Assembly (NCBI GenBank): GCA_964187785.1
Contig: OZ076409.1
Span: 67,458,001 to 67,518,000 of the forward strand
Length of the DNA stretch: 60,000 nt
Direction of reading: 5' to 3'
Source: Amphiscolops sp. MND2022
Lineage: Eukaryota
Part shown: piece by piece, positions 26,001 to 36,589 of the stretch
How positions within the stretch are numbered: the stretch's first letter is position 1
Layout: every line of letters begins with the position of its first letter
Translations under genes and position numbers: made by a program
The notes under the pieces: model-generated
Databases searched by the model: none
What the model saw: the letters and a program-made list of their open reading frames with translations, nothing else
Told to the model about the DNA's origin: nothing

Positions 26001-29000
26001 TTCATCACGTCATAAACACGTAATTGGAACCCGCGTAAGGAACAATGCCTTGAAGGAAAAGTCTACATTGCGTGTCTCTTCCCAATTCTGCCTCTCAGTC
26101 AAAGGTACGAGCGTGCTGAGGGGGATCGCATTAGCATCGACCGGGAAGAAAAATGTCTATAGGTGACAAAATTCCTGGCTCAAATCCACTGCAAAGTAAA
26201 CATGAAAGGCTTACGCGATAAGAAGCAAGCTTTTCCTTCCTTATCGATTTACCGTCAATTATACCTTCATCTGACGTCTCCGAGATACGGACGTCTTTTG
26301 CGGAAAATTCCAAAGCATGTTGAGTCTGCCGCAAAAGGCCACGATCATGAAAAGATAATTTGTCGAGACTTGCAGACGCCGTTGAAAACAAATGTTACAT
26401 TTGAAATCAACTTTCCAAAAAATCAATAAATTTGATCAAACCTTTTCTTCCAACTCAAGGATTTCATTTTCTTTTCTACAATAAAAGTGTTATTTTCTTT
26501 TAGAGCGAACAAGACGTGAGTGTGATTGGAACAGTTGCAATTTCAAGAGAAGCTTCCTCAAGCTATCAGACTATGAACCCTTCTAAAACTGCCAGTGCCA
26601 TGAGTCTAGCTGGAACCTCGGCGACCTCGAATCATTCTTCCGCCCAGAGCAGTCAAGCATCACTGACTCCAACAAATAACATCAAAAAACGCAGCTCCAG
26701 TCAATCGTCTTTAACCTCATTGGGATCTGCCAAAGAGAAATTGCGCAATAGTGGGAAAAAACTTAGTGCCAGCATCCAAAAACTAACCACCCATAAAAAA
26801 GCAAGCGTGTCCATCCGCGACCCTAAGGATTTCGAGGTTGGTTTGCAAAGGAAAAAAGGTGTCGCAAGGAAAACTTGCAATCTTTTTTAGGAAACATTCT
26901 CCGAAGAGATAGTATTAGAAAAAACTGGTTCCCGGACTAATGGTCGTCGTTGCTTCTTTAGTTGAAGCAGGAAACTGAAATCATCATGCCTTTGAATTTG
27001 ATTGCTGAAAAAAACAGGCTACAATGACATTCCTTACCAATAAAATGAGCTACTTACTGATTTTTTTGCTACATTTTATGTTCTGCGAATCAAAAAGGGA
27101 TCATCATAACAACAACACCCCATCAATTATGCTTGGGGCCTGTTTTCCATGATATGCAGCTTGGGGGACCTGTGCATCATAAGAATTTGGTTGTGGGGCA
27201 TGTCGTTCTTAAGATACTAAAGTTTTTTTAAAATGCCCGTTTGATGAAACTGGTGATTTTATGCCAGTTTCAGTGGACTTCGGATCATTTGGTTTTTGTT
27301 TCAGTTTTGCGAAGTGATGTCTGGCGAGAACAACAGTGGGGGATCTAACAAGAGTGTGTTTGGAACTGTAGAATATTCCCTCATCTTTGATGCCTCTTCT
27401 AAAAGTAAGCAGAGAATTATTCAAGAAGAAGCCCCTGAACAAAATTTCTCGATGATTGAGCACCCAATGATTATAAGCCAGTAGTTTAATGTCCAACCAT
27501 TTTGCGCAAAAAAGTACTTATTCCAAGTTTAAATGCCAAATAACTTCACTGATTTAAAAAAAATTCCTAGTTGAAAACATCAATTTTTCTCACAAATATG
27601 ATCAATGCTTCAAGTCTTACCGTAAAGTAGTAAAGCAACCGTAAGTTTTTATAACTGCCCAAAATGACAGCTATTGCGTTTGAGTAATTGTCGGGTCGCT
27701 ACCGCCGGACCTCAAGGTTTTTCGACTTTGAGTAAAAGACTTCGAAAGAAGTCCATCAAGCCCTACTTTGCTTGGCCCTTTTCTTTGAGGCATTCAAATG
27801 ATCTTGATGTGGGCGGTAGCTTCCAAAAACATAAAAGACCAAATTAGGAAAGCCCGGTTTTTCGTCGATCCTACGGAACCCGTGAATAGCTTCTTATACT
27901 GCAGGCTTTATTGATTAAAAAAAACATAATTCTCGGGGGTCTCAAAAAAACCAAAAAAATCTCGCAAAGCTTCAAAATCACATAACTTCCAAAATAAGCC
28001 ATCGTGGCCAGCCGCGGTCAAATATCTCACGGAGCAAAGCGAAAGTGGATCGACGTGCCATTGCTTGTTTTGGCGGATCATTTTGGAAGTGTGGTTGTTG
28101 GTTCGTGAAGAGCCTCCGAAAGAGAAAGGAAGAGTCATCAAACAAGTTATTTCATCATTTTTTCCATATAGTCCCAAAAATTATTTCCATCTCGCTTTGG
28201 ATGTTATTTCTTTCAATCTGTAAAATCAGCGGTGCAAGGTGAATGCTATGTTATTGCAGCAAAACGAGCATAAAAGGTATTAACTTATGAGTTCAACAAC
28301 AGGAGGGTACTAAAAAACTACCCGGATCTGAATTCATGAGGCTTCCGTGGTTTCCATACGTTTCCATGCTTGGAATCATAAGCAACCATACGATGTTTCG
28401 TATGGAATCATATGAACTTGATGCAATCGTTAGATAGCCGTTCTGATAGCGTAGTCAGAAGCTAAAAAAATTGCCAAAACTGATAACTTTCTTTGTTTTA
28501 ATTCGTGATTTTTATCAGGTTTTAGTCAGGTTATTTTCCAAAACAGAGTACGATCTATTTAGGTTCGTGAGGCCCAATTTGTAAGTCTTCATCGTGTATA
28601 TAATATGAATGGGTCATTTGTTATGCAGCTGTTTTTTAGTCGGCGCCTTTTCCCTTAAGGAAAAAAGCCCGACTCTTACAGTGAGTAGTTTTTTTTTGTT
28701 TTTTTCAGTTGACAATCTCACTCTGAGTGGTCCACTTTTCTTACAATTTTTGTTCATCTTTCATATTTGTTCATCTTCCATCTTCGACCCAGCCGGAGAG
28801 CGTGGGTTCGATTCTCGCACTAAACCATAAATTTTTTAATGCTTCCAAAAGTACAGGTGAGACCAAAGGGTCCCCCCTTTGGGTTTTTTTCGGCACTATG
28901 CGACTTTTTTCGAAAATTTTCGAAATTTATCAAAGGGTACCCCCTTGAATTTTTTTGAAGTTTTCGGTTTGTAGAAAACGTTGAATGAGCCTGAATGGCC

Positions 29001-32000
29001 TCTTTTTGAGTTTTTCGGCATTGTGCGATCTAAAAAATACTTTTTTTCGAGAAAAAAATCAAATTTTTTTTTGAAAAAAAAATTCCAAATTTTTCCAATA
29101 GTTGTTCCTTGAATATTTTTGAGCCTAAGATATGGCGCCGACTTGGGACGTTCCCGTCTTGTTAGTCGGTGCTTTTTCCTTTTAAGGAAAAATGCCCGAC
29201 TCTTACAGTGACCTTTTTAGTCGGCGCTTTATCCTTTTGAGGAAAAATACCCTATAGCAGTGACTTTTTTCTTCAGACTACAATTCTCACACTGATCGGT
29301 CCACTTTTTAGAAACAATCCTGAAACCACCTACACCTAAGGCCAAGTCCGGGGCCAAGGCAAACTTAGTCCAAACAAAGGTTCCCCCTTTCATTTTTTAC
29401 TTTTTCAAGGTAACCTACAAAACCGGACGGGACTAAAAGAGTCCCCCTTTCAATTTTTTTGGCACTGTGCGATTTTTTCGAAAATTTTTGAATGTCCCCA
29501 AAGGGACCCCCCTTCGAGTTTTTTGAAATTTTGCAACAGAATGTATGTTAATAAATCCAAAAGGGACCCCCTTTTGCCTTTTTTGGCACTATGTGACATT
29601 TTTCGAAAGAAAAAAAGTTTTTTTTTCAAAAGAAATGATTTGCGCTTTTTGAGCTTTAGATATAGCGCCGACTTTAGACGTTCTCGTCTTGTTTTTCTTC
29701 AGATGAGAATCCTCACACTAATCGATCCACTTTTGTGAAAAAACTACTAAAACTCAGACTACTAAAACTACTTGCCGGCCAAGACAAACCTAGTGCAAAG
29801 GTTCCCCCTTTCATTTTTACTTTTCTAACGTATCCTATAAAACCGGACGAGTCTATAGGGTCCCCCCCCTTTCGATTTTTTTTCCAAACTGTGCGACTTT
29901 TTCCGAAAATTTTTCCAAGTGTCAAAAGGGTCCCTCCTTCGAGTTTTTTTGGTATTTTGCAACTGAATGTATGTTTATAAAACCCAAATGGTCCCCCCTT
30001 TTGCCTTTTTTGACACTATGCGACATTTTCCGAAAGAAAAAGCGTTCCCAGGAAAAATGTTAGTTGTAAAAGTTGACGAACATTGCAATGGCTACAAATT
30101 TCTTTCAGGAAGATTTTTCTTTTCACTGACAGGTAGTTTTTGTCATTTTGCTTAATGAAGTTATGAAAACAGACAATCCTTTTTGCAATTTTTGTTCGGT
30201 TTCAAGACAAAAATCACCCTTCTAATTCAGATCAAATCCAGAAAAAATTTTGCTTTTAAACTCAGTTGTCAAATCCATATCCAGAGAAAAAATGCGATCC
30301 CAAATTTTCTCATGCATTATTAATTATCCTATATTTTTGCCATTTTAGTGAATAAATCATATATTGGTACGTTGTATTTTGTATGAAATTGAAGTTCACT
30401 GAAGCAAACCTGAATATGAGAACTGCGCGTAAAAACGGCAGAAGTTCATTTGAATGCTTGTTCCAATAAAAACTGTGCTTACCACGAAGTTCAATATCTA
30501 ATAAATTAATAGCATGAGAATTACTAATAATGTTGTATCAAGGCTTTATTGTCAATGTTATCAAAGGACCGCAAAATACCAAAATTGTCATGAAATGCCT
30601 TTTTGCCTTCAAAAATGTCAATTTTCATTTTCACAACGAATTCAATTTTTCAGCTCTCAAGATGGAAAATTTGACCTTCTGTGGGCCTCAAGAAATTGGA
30701 GACGGGCATGAAAAAACGAAACTGAAGCAGCAGTCTTCCATTTACTTGAAAGTGACCTGCACTTCATCAAATCAAACTTTGAAGCAAAAAACAGAAAAAC
30801 TCCAACTCGCGGTGGGAAAAATTACTTTTCCGGACAAGCTGAAAGTTAGTGCAAAACAAAAAATTTTTCTGAGGGGTTTGCTTCATTTATAAGTACCTTG
30901 TCGGTGTTTTTTCGCCGGGTGTCTTGTTTTAACGGTGATGAGTTATAGTTTTTGAGTTGCAGTGTTCAAAATTGAAATTTGATTTTAGTTCCAACTTGCG
31001 AAACCAAGACTGGCCAATATTTCTTTGCGCATAATGGTGATGAGCAAATCTCAGATTGGAAAAGATTCTCTGATCGGAGAAGTTCACGAACTGCTGAATG
31101 AGAGAACTGAGTACAACAGACCAGCCATAAAATGTCCTCTCACCCTATATGTTAGCAATCATCGCTTCTCTTGAACAGTTTCGCAACTCTTTTGCCCGCA
31201 TTTTTTGCATTCAGTTCAAATTTCAATTCAGTTCTGTTTTTCTTTAGGAAAAAGTCTTTACCAAAAATTGTGTTTATTCGATGAAAAACGATATCTTTAA
31301 AACTTCTATACAGTTTCAATCGAATGTCTTTGAAGACCCAAAGAATATGTATGACATTTTAGCGAATTTTGAGAAACATGGTCTTAGTTTTTGGTGCAAT
31401 TTGAGGTAATTTTTCGCGTAATTTATTGACTACACTCTAGCCCCAAAGGTATACTTTTAGTAAAATAATTCACGGCAAAAATACAGCAGTGAATTGAGCA
31501 GGAGCCTTGTATGATAAACAGCAAATCTCTTGATCTTATGATTAATTGTTACCACAAACATATTTTCATCAGGCAAACAATGAAGACAAAGACATCGGGA
31601 CTGTGAAATTAAGTGTGCGTTTCAACCCCACGGAGAGTGTCAATCTGAGGATATCGGCACAAGGACTCCCGAAGAGAGGCTCCTCTGAGCCCAGCACCTA
31701 CTGCAAGCTGTAAGTAGTTATCATTCCATCCAGGGTAGGTTATCCTTCATTTAAAAGCACCATACTACCAGAAAGTGATCACAGATCACAACACTGTACC
31801 AAAAACTACATATTAGTTATTACCACAAACTGTTGTTCATTTTAAATATTTGGTTTTTAGCCTTGATATTGCTCCAAAAAATGCCGAAACCAAAGTATGC
31901 TTTTCTTGAATAATATGTTCTTGAACTGAAGGGTACTAAAAGTGGGGCTCTGAAAATCGGCACTCTAGAATTGTAGCTGAAACTTTGCTGGAACCTGACA

Positions 32001-34344
32001 GAAACTGTTATCGTCATTGTAGAGATCTTCATTTTGAGAAGAAACCGCATTAGTATAGAATTAACCGCATCTTAATTATAATTAGGACCATTCGGAAGTC
32101 AAACGTGTTTTTTAAAAAAGTTGTTGTTTTGAAACTTTTTCGAGCTTTAACTTTGGATTTACTTATCATGTCAACATGTGATATACTCTTCATATTTTTA
32201 CTCTAACATTTTTGACAATGAAAATAAATTTCATCAAAATAATGAAAACTGTTTCTTATCTGCGAGTTCTACACGCCTTTCCATTGTGCTTTTTTATCGC
32301 ATATGTTTTTATTTGTAAATCAAATTCATTTCCCAAGCGATCAACGGGCAGGAAGTTACCAAAGTTATTTACTGTGACACACACCTTAATGGCGTCCGTG
32401 CTTTTATCCCATGACACTCTCATATTTGTTCAGACACCTGTTGCCCCTGCCGACAAAATTCAAATCTAAGGCTGTGGTGAAGCACAGCGCAGACCCCGTG
32501 TACCTGGAGACTATTGCGGTGCCCTTCAGAGGTGCCTCTCTCAGCGACTTCTGCTTGGAGCTGTGCATCGTGCTCTCAGGAAGCAACCTCAAAAGCGTCC
32601 TCGGAGGAGTCAGACTCAGCAATGGCACAGGTATTTGGGTTCTTTTCTCCCCCCCCCCCACCTGTAATATTTTCCCGAAACTTCATTGAAATTTTGAATT
32701 CGAAATTTTTGAAATTGAACGCACTTTTTAGTCAGCGCTTTTCTAGAGAAAAGAGCCGACTATAGTCATGGCTTTTCGTCAGTGTTTTTTTATTTTTTAA
32801 AACTTTTTTCGATACACCTGAAGTGACCAAAATAGTTCTACCCCAAAAGCTCTACAAAATTTTAAGAAGATGCCAAAATGTGCCCGTTGGCTCAAGGAAT
32901 TGAACCAAAAAGGTTTCCCGTGTAACATACAATACTGGACGAGACCAAAGGGTCCCCTTTTTCAGTTTTTTGGCATTGCGAGATTTTCATTCCGGGAAAA
33001 AATTTTCCCCAAAGAGTCCCCTTTAATTTTTTTTGGAGTTTTGCGACAGAACGGATGTTGAAAAATCCCAAAGGGTCCCCCCTTTCAGTTTTTATGTGAG
33101 ACTTCAACTGTTTTTCATAGAAGGGTCCCAAATTCACCAATACTTTGACATTTTGAAGTCCTTTTGCTGTTTTTGAGCCTTAGATATGGCGCCGACTTGG
33201 GCCGGTCCCGGCTTCTTATCTTTCTTATGAATACTTCAAGTATGAAAAAGTCAAAGACCGTATCTTTTGAGTCCACCAAAACGAACATTTAGGCCTGATT
33301 CATAGTCCAAAAGTGCGAAAAGTTTCTTACTAAAAAATCTTACTACACATGAAGTTAACTTGCGATACCAGAAAAAGATATTATAGAGAATATCGACAAA
33401 AAATATTTGGGAAAATTCTCGCAAAATTTTTCTAAGGTGGGCGAGAGGAGAAAAAAGCGCCGGTATTTTGACATCACAATGCTGATAGAGTACAATGGTG
33501 ATCGGAATGACCAAAAATGCTTAAAAACGCTTCGACAACCGGTACTACGATGAAAAAAATCATGATTTTATAAAGGTTAAATTCCCTGCATTGATTTTTC
33601 AGCATATTTCTACTTGAAGTTTCTTCTACTTTCAGGCAGGCTGTTTTAGAAGAAAGGTGGCACAAAAAAACATAATTTATCCAATGAAAAATGAAAAGAT
33701 TCACCAATTATGAGAAGGTTGGATAAACTCGCATACTTAAATAGCTCAAAAATGTCGAATTCAAAAACAAGAGAAGTAAGGACAATTTTTAAAACCTAGT
33801 TGCAAACGATAAAAATCTATTCTCAACAAATTATGTCAAAATTGAAACCAGGTCTTCTAGCACTTTGTTGTCTAGTTTAACACGGTAAAGATAAGCATTG
33901 CTTTGGAAATTGATTTAAAAATGTTTTTTTTTATTATCCCGGCATTATCAAGAGCCGTATTGACGTCCAAATTTTCACCACAACATCGACGCTTAGCTGA
34001 CAAAATTTTTTCGTTAAAATGAAAGTGTGAAAAGTGAAGTTCTCAAAACTGAAATCTTCAAATCTTTTCATGCATCAACTTTAATTCTTTGAAAAAATCC
34101 CCATGTGTGAAATTACTTTTTCGCAGAGCCATTTCGGGTCTTCAATTCATACTAAGGATGACGCTTTATAAAACGATTAAACAAAATTGTTTTCTTTTAT
34201 GTAGCGACATATCAAGGAGCAGTTGTGGAATGGATGCAGTCTACGCTGGAAGAAATTAATTTCTGGCAGAGGGTTCAGGCCAACACTGGCGAATGGGTTC
34301 AAGGTCACTTGCGTCTCAGATCCAACTTCAATCCCTTAAAATAA
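4747..34344 (+). CDS. SYTL: Synaptotagmin-like protein (Slp4/Slp5/bitesize family), 13 coding exons in window, 5' end missing; long low-complexity N-part plus C-terminal C2A-C2B
   Basis: Exons 4747-5049, 5336-6650, 7830-8142, 10790-10993, 13344-13656, 16721-17041, 26504-26836, 27305-27404, 30654-30844, 30989-31150, 31573-31709, 32434-32630 and 34205-34344 all have AG/GT boundaries and matching phases (4029 nt). C-terminus LGGVRLSNGTATYQGAVVEWMQSTLEEINFWQRVQANTGEWVQGHLRLRS matches the Slp4/5 C2B tail (LGGVRLG.GT...VDWMDSTGEE..LWQ.M...PG.W.EGTL.LRS). Confidence 0.85.
5336..6650 (+). CDS. SYTL-like exon (large, disordered Q/S/N/P-rich)
   Basis: tttatag|GCA acceptor in frame with the 434-aa ORF; CAG|gttgtt donor, phase 1. 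Confidence 0.85.
7830..8142 (+). CDS. SYTL-like exon
   Basis: tttcaacag|AT acceptor, AG|gtaaga donor, phase 1/2; DNYEHEQPQRRSS... Confidence 0.85.
9770..10071 (+). mobile_element. HINE-related fragment
   Basis: AAGTCGCATAGTGCCGAAA module and CTCAGCGGGCGTCTTGTT terminus, as at 24419-24436. Confidence 0.45.
10790..10993 (+). CDS. SYTL-like exon (Pro/Gly/Tyr/Arg-rich)
   Basis: ttcttcag|G acceptor, CAG|gtaacg donor, phase 2/2; RGVPYPYPGGYR... Confidence 0.85.
13344..13656 (+). CDS. SYTL-like exon
   Basis: tttctgtag|A acceptor, CAG|gtattg donor, phase 2/0. Confidence 0.85.
16721..17041 (+). CDS. SYTL-like exon
   Basis: atttcag|ACC acceptor, CAG|gtgaga donor, phase 0/0. Confidence 0.85.
17171..17660 (-). 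mobile_element. HINE/DINE-1-like non-autonomous Helentron-associated element, full copy
   Basis: On - strand: TTTT-AGTCGGCGCC subTIR with a nearby inverted partner (5' hairpin), then GGCGCCGACT subTIR, short stem-loop GGGACGTTCCC and end GTCTTGTT. No TSD, T-rich flanks. Closely similar to 28634-29163. Confidence 0.7.
23515..24436. mobile_element. Cluster of HINE-like fragments (3' end at 23754; related subfamily ending CTCAGCGGGCGTCTTGTT at 24436)
   Basis: GCGCCGACATTAGACGTTCCCGTCTTGTT at 23726-23754; AAGTCGCAYAGTGC modules; terminus shared with about 10071. Confidence 0.55.
26504..26836 (+). CDS. SYTL-like exon (Ser-rich, before C2A)
   Basis: tcttttag|AGC acceptor, GAG|gttggt donor, phase 0/0. 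Confidence 0.85.
27305..27404 (+). CDS. SYTL-like exon, start of C2A
   Basis: gtttcag|TTT, A|gtaagc; FGTVEYSLIFD fits the C2 beta-1 pattern. Confidence 0.8.
28634..30040 (+). mobile_element. Head-to-tail cluster of HINE-like copies (28634-29163, 5' fragment 29162-29212, 29214-29693, truncated to about 30040)
   Basis: Repeated TTAGTCGGCGC starts and GCGCCGACTT(G/A)GACGTTC(C/T)CGTCTTGTT ends; internal GGGTCCCCC and GGCACTATGCGAC modules. Confidence 0.7.
30654..30844 (+). CDS. SYTL-like exon, C2A
   Basis: tttttcag|CT, AAA|gttagt; SIYLKVT...KQKTEK...ITFPDKLK. Confidence 0.8.
30989..31150 (+). CDS. SYTL-like exon, end of C2A
   Basis: attttag|TTC, TAT|gttagc; SLRIMVMSKSQIGKDSLIGEV. Confidence 0.85.
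31573..31709 (+). CDS. SYTL-like exon, start of C2B
   Basis: ttcatcag|GCA, CT|gtaagt; IGTVKLSVRFNP...AQGLP...PSTYCKL. Confidence 0.85.
32434..32630 (+). CDS. SYTL-like exon, C2B
   Basis: ttgttcag|A, G|gtattt; KFKSKAVVKHSADPVY...LELCIV...LGGVRLSNGT. Confidence 0.9.
32726..33217 (+). mobile_element. HINE-like copy
   Basis: TTTTAGTCAGCGC...GCCGACT start; ends GAGCCTTAGATATGGCGCCGACTTGGGCCGGTCCCGGCTTCTT. Confidence 0.65.
34205..34344 (+). CDS. SYTL-like terminal coding exon
   Basis: tttatgtag|CG, ends TAA; VVEWMQSTLEEINFWQRV...W...LRS Slp C-terminal signature. Confidence 0.9.
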
Positions 34345-35023
34345 CCCTCCCATCCTTCGCCCCATTTACCTCCTGCTGAACGCTTTTGCACCGATATCCA
34401 ATTTGGAGACGCTTCTCGTAATTCTAAAAACACCCAACCTCAATGCTGCGAATTCAAATATCAGAAATCATAAATTTGCAATTACCACAAATTTCCATAT
34501 TTTCAAAAACTTTGAAAACAGCGTTATTTCGTGCTTATTGGTGCAGTTGTTATTTCCTCAAATTCATGGAATGTCAAACCATACCTGTGAATTTTTCATT
34601 TCGTGTCATATACCCCGATATTTTTTCTAATTTTGAACCTTCAAGTTTTGGAAACTTTTCTAGTATTCAGCCCTTTTCGTGATAGCTAATCGTTGGTTTG
34701 ATGGCTGAATCTGTTAGATAATTAATTGAATCATTAAATAGGTCGTTGTTGCAACTCTTATTGTGCTCATAGAAATACGGAAAAAAAACGTTTCTTCGAA
34801 GGCTGGCCCTTTGTGAATACATTGAATTACTTAATACAATTTTGCATTTATGGAATAATTGATTTTGTAAATGAAGTATTGATTTTATTGAAATTTGAAA
34901 GCTTGAGTGTTAATTTTATCACGAATGTTTTCGTTATTTTTTTTCCAAATTTACAAATTATTTCTACATGCGTGGTCATATTTGAATAATGCTTGCAAAT
35001 CATTTTCATTGTCGCCTTACCTC

Positions 35024-35029
35024 AATAAA
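35024..35029 (+). promoter_or_regulatory. candidate poly(A) signal of the SYTL-like gene
   Basis: AATAAA about 680 nt after the stop, followed by a GT/T-rich tract. Confidence 0.35.
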
Positions 35030-35457
35030 TTTCGAAATGAGAAATGTTTGTTTTTCTTTCAAATTTCCTATCTGCAAGTTCAACTCTTACCACTTTAGCA
35101 AACAAAAAAAACCGATCGGTAGCTCATTTTGAGTGACACCTGATTAAACAAGCTTTTTCATGAAACAATTCCAATAATCATATGGATTACAGCAAATGAA
35201 GAATCATGAAGCTATTTTCAATTGTTTTTTTTTCATAATTGCCTTTCGGGGGCAATTGCTTTCGCCAGTTGTCACTGTAATAGCCTCTTCATATGATTTA
35301 AAAAAAACTTTACTGCAATGACTTAGATGCAAGTATCAATAATCTACTTGTTAGAGCGCAGCGAAGCAAAAGGTTTGAATTCCAACTGTAGAGTTCGGAA
35401 TTCAGAAGTAGTTAATATCTACATATTATTTCCAAATTTCAAAATGTTTTTCTGGTA

Positions 35458-36097
35458 GCTACTCCGTCCTGAATCTTCATTTGATACTGACCAGCTCTTT
35501 TTCAATCAATGATTTTCTTTTTAGTTGAAGAGAAAATAATTTTTCTAGTATTAGTTTTCCTAAGGTAACGTAACCAACGCTTAAAAACGCATTTTTCGCA
35601 ATAGGGATGTTCTGTCAGAAACAAATTCGTCTTGGCACGAACTTGGCTTGGGTGCGAGTATAGCCAGTAAGTTCGTACTTTTGGGGCTTTTGAAAAGAAT
35701 CGTAAAAAACCCAATCGTTGAAAGATGAAAACTTTTCTTAACAGTACAACATTTTTTTCACGTTTGTTGCAGGGCCTAGGCCCTGCAACAAACGTGAAAA
35801 AAATGTTGTACTGTTAAGAAAAGTTTTCATCTTTCAACGATTGGGTTTTTTACGATTCTTTTCAAAAGCCCCAAAAGTACGAACTTACTGGCTATACTCG
35901 CACCCAAGCCAAGTTCGTGCCAAGACGAATTTGTTTCTGACAGAACATCCCTATTGCGAAAAATGCGTTTTTAAGCGTTGGTTACGTTACCTTAGGAAAA
36001 CTAATACTAGAAAAATTATTTTCTCTTCAACTAAAAAGAAAATCATTGATTGAAAAAGAGCTGGTCAGTATCAAATGAAGATTCAGGACGGAGTAGC
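35458..36097. repeat. Perfect 640-bp palindrome (320-bp arms, no spacer)
   Basis: Centre AGGGCCT|AGGCCCT at 35777/35778. Identical 70-aa ORFs at mirror positions on both strands. Symmetry breaks at 35457/36098. Confidence 0.95.
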
Positions 36098-36589
36098 CTT
36101 GTCAATTTTGTCGGAATGTTGTCAAATAGGACTTGAAAACATTTTGCATGCAGCTTTCTCTATGTAATAATACTAAGTCGGAAATTTCCATTTCGTAACT
36201 GAATCGAGTGATGTCTAAAAGTTATCGCATTTCAATTTCTCATCTGACGTACTCAATTTTTCCCTATATGCCGGAGTACTAATTGCATGGTGGTCTGTTA
36301 ATGATTTGGGGCAATACGCAGGTGGTCCTAATAAATTTGGGTCTATGTGCAAAAAAAATGCCACCAAACACAATTCCATGAAAAAAATATCATTCTTGAA
36401 CATAATCACGAATCAGTTTTATCTTTAAATTGTCGGTTCATTTTAATGATTTCACATTGAACATTGACAAAAAAAGTTTGATGCTTTTTCCTGGTTTGTG
36501 AGGTGCCTGTGGTGCAGTGCTAAAGCAAAAGACTGCAGAATCAAAGCTATTTATAGATTTCCTCATGACAAAGCAAAATTAAGAACTTA

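Noticed and set aside
26163..26429. 88-aa ORF as an extra SYTL exon
   Set aside because: Weak acceptor and no convincing donor; 17041 joins 26504 in frame without it
35502..36053. Two identical 70-aa ORFs on opposite strands
   Set aside because: By-product of the palindrome; TTG start and no coding features
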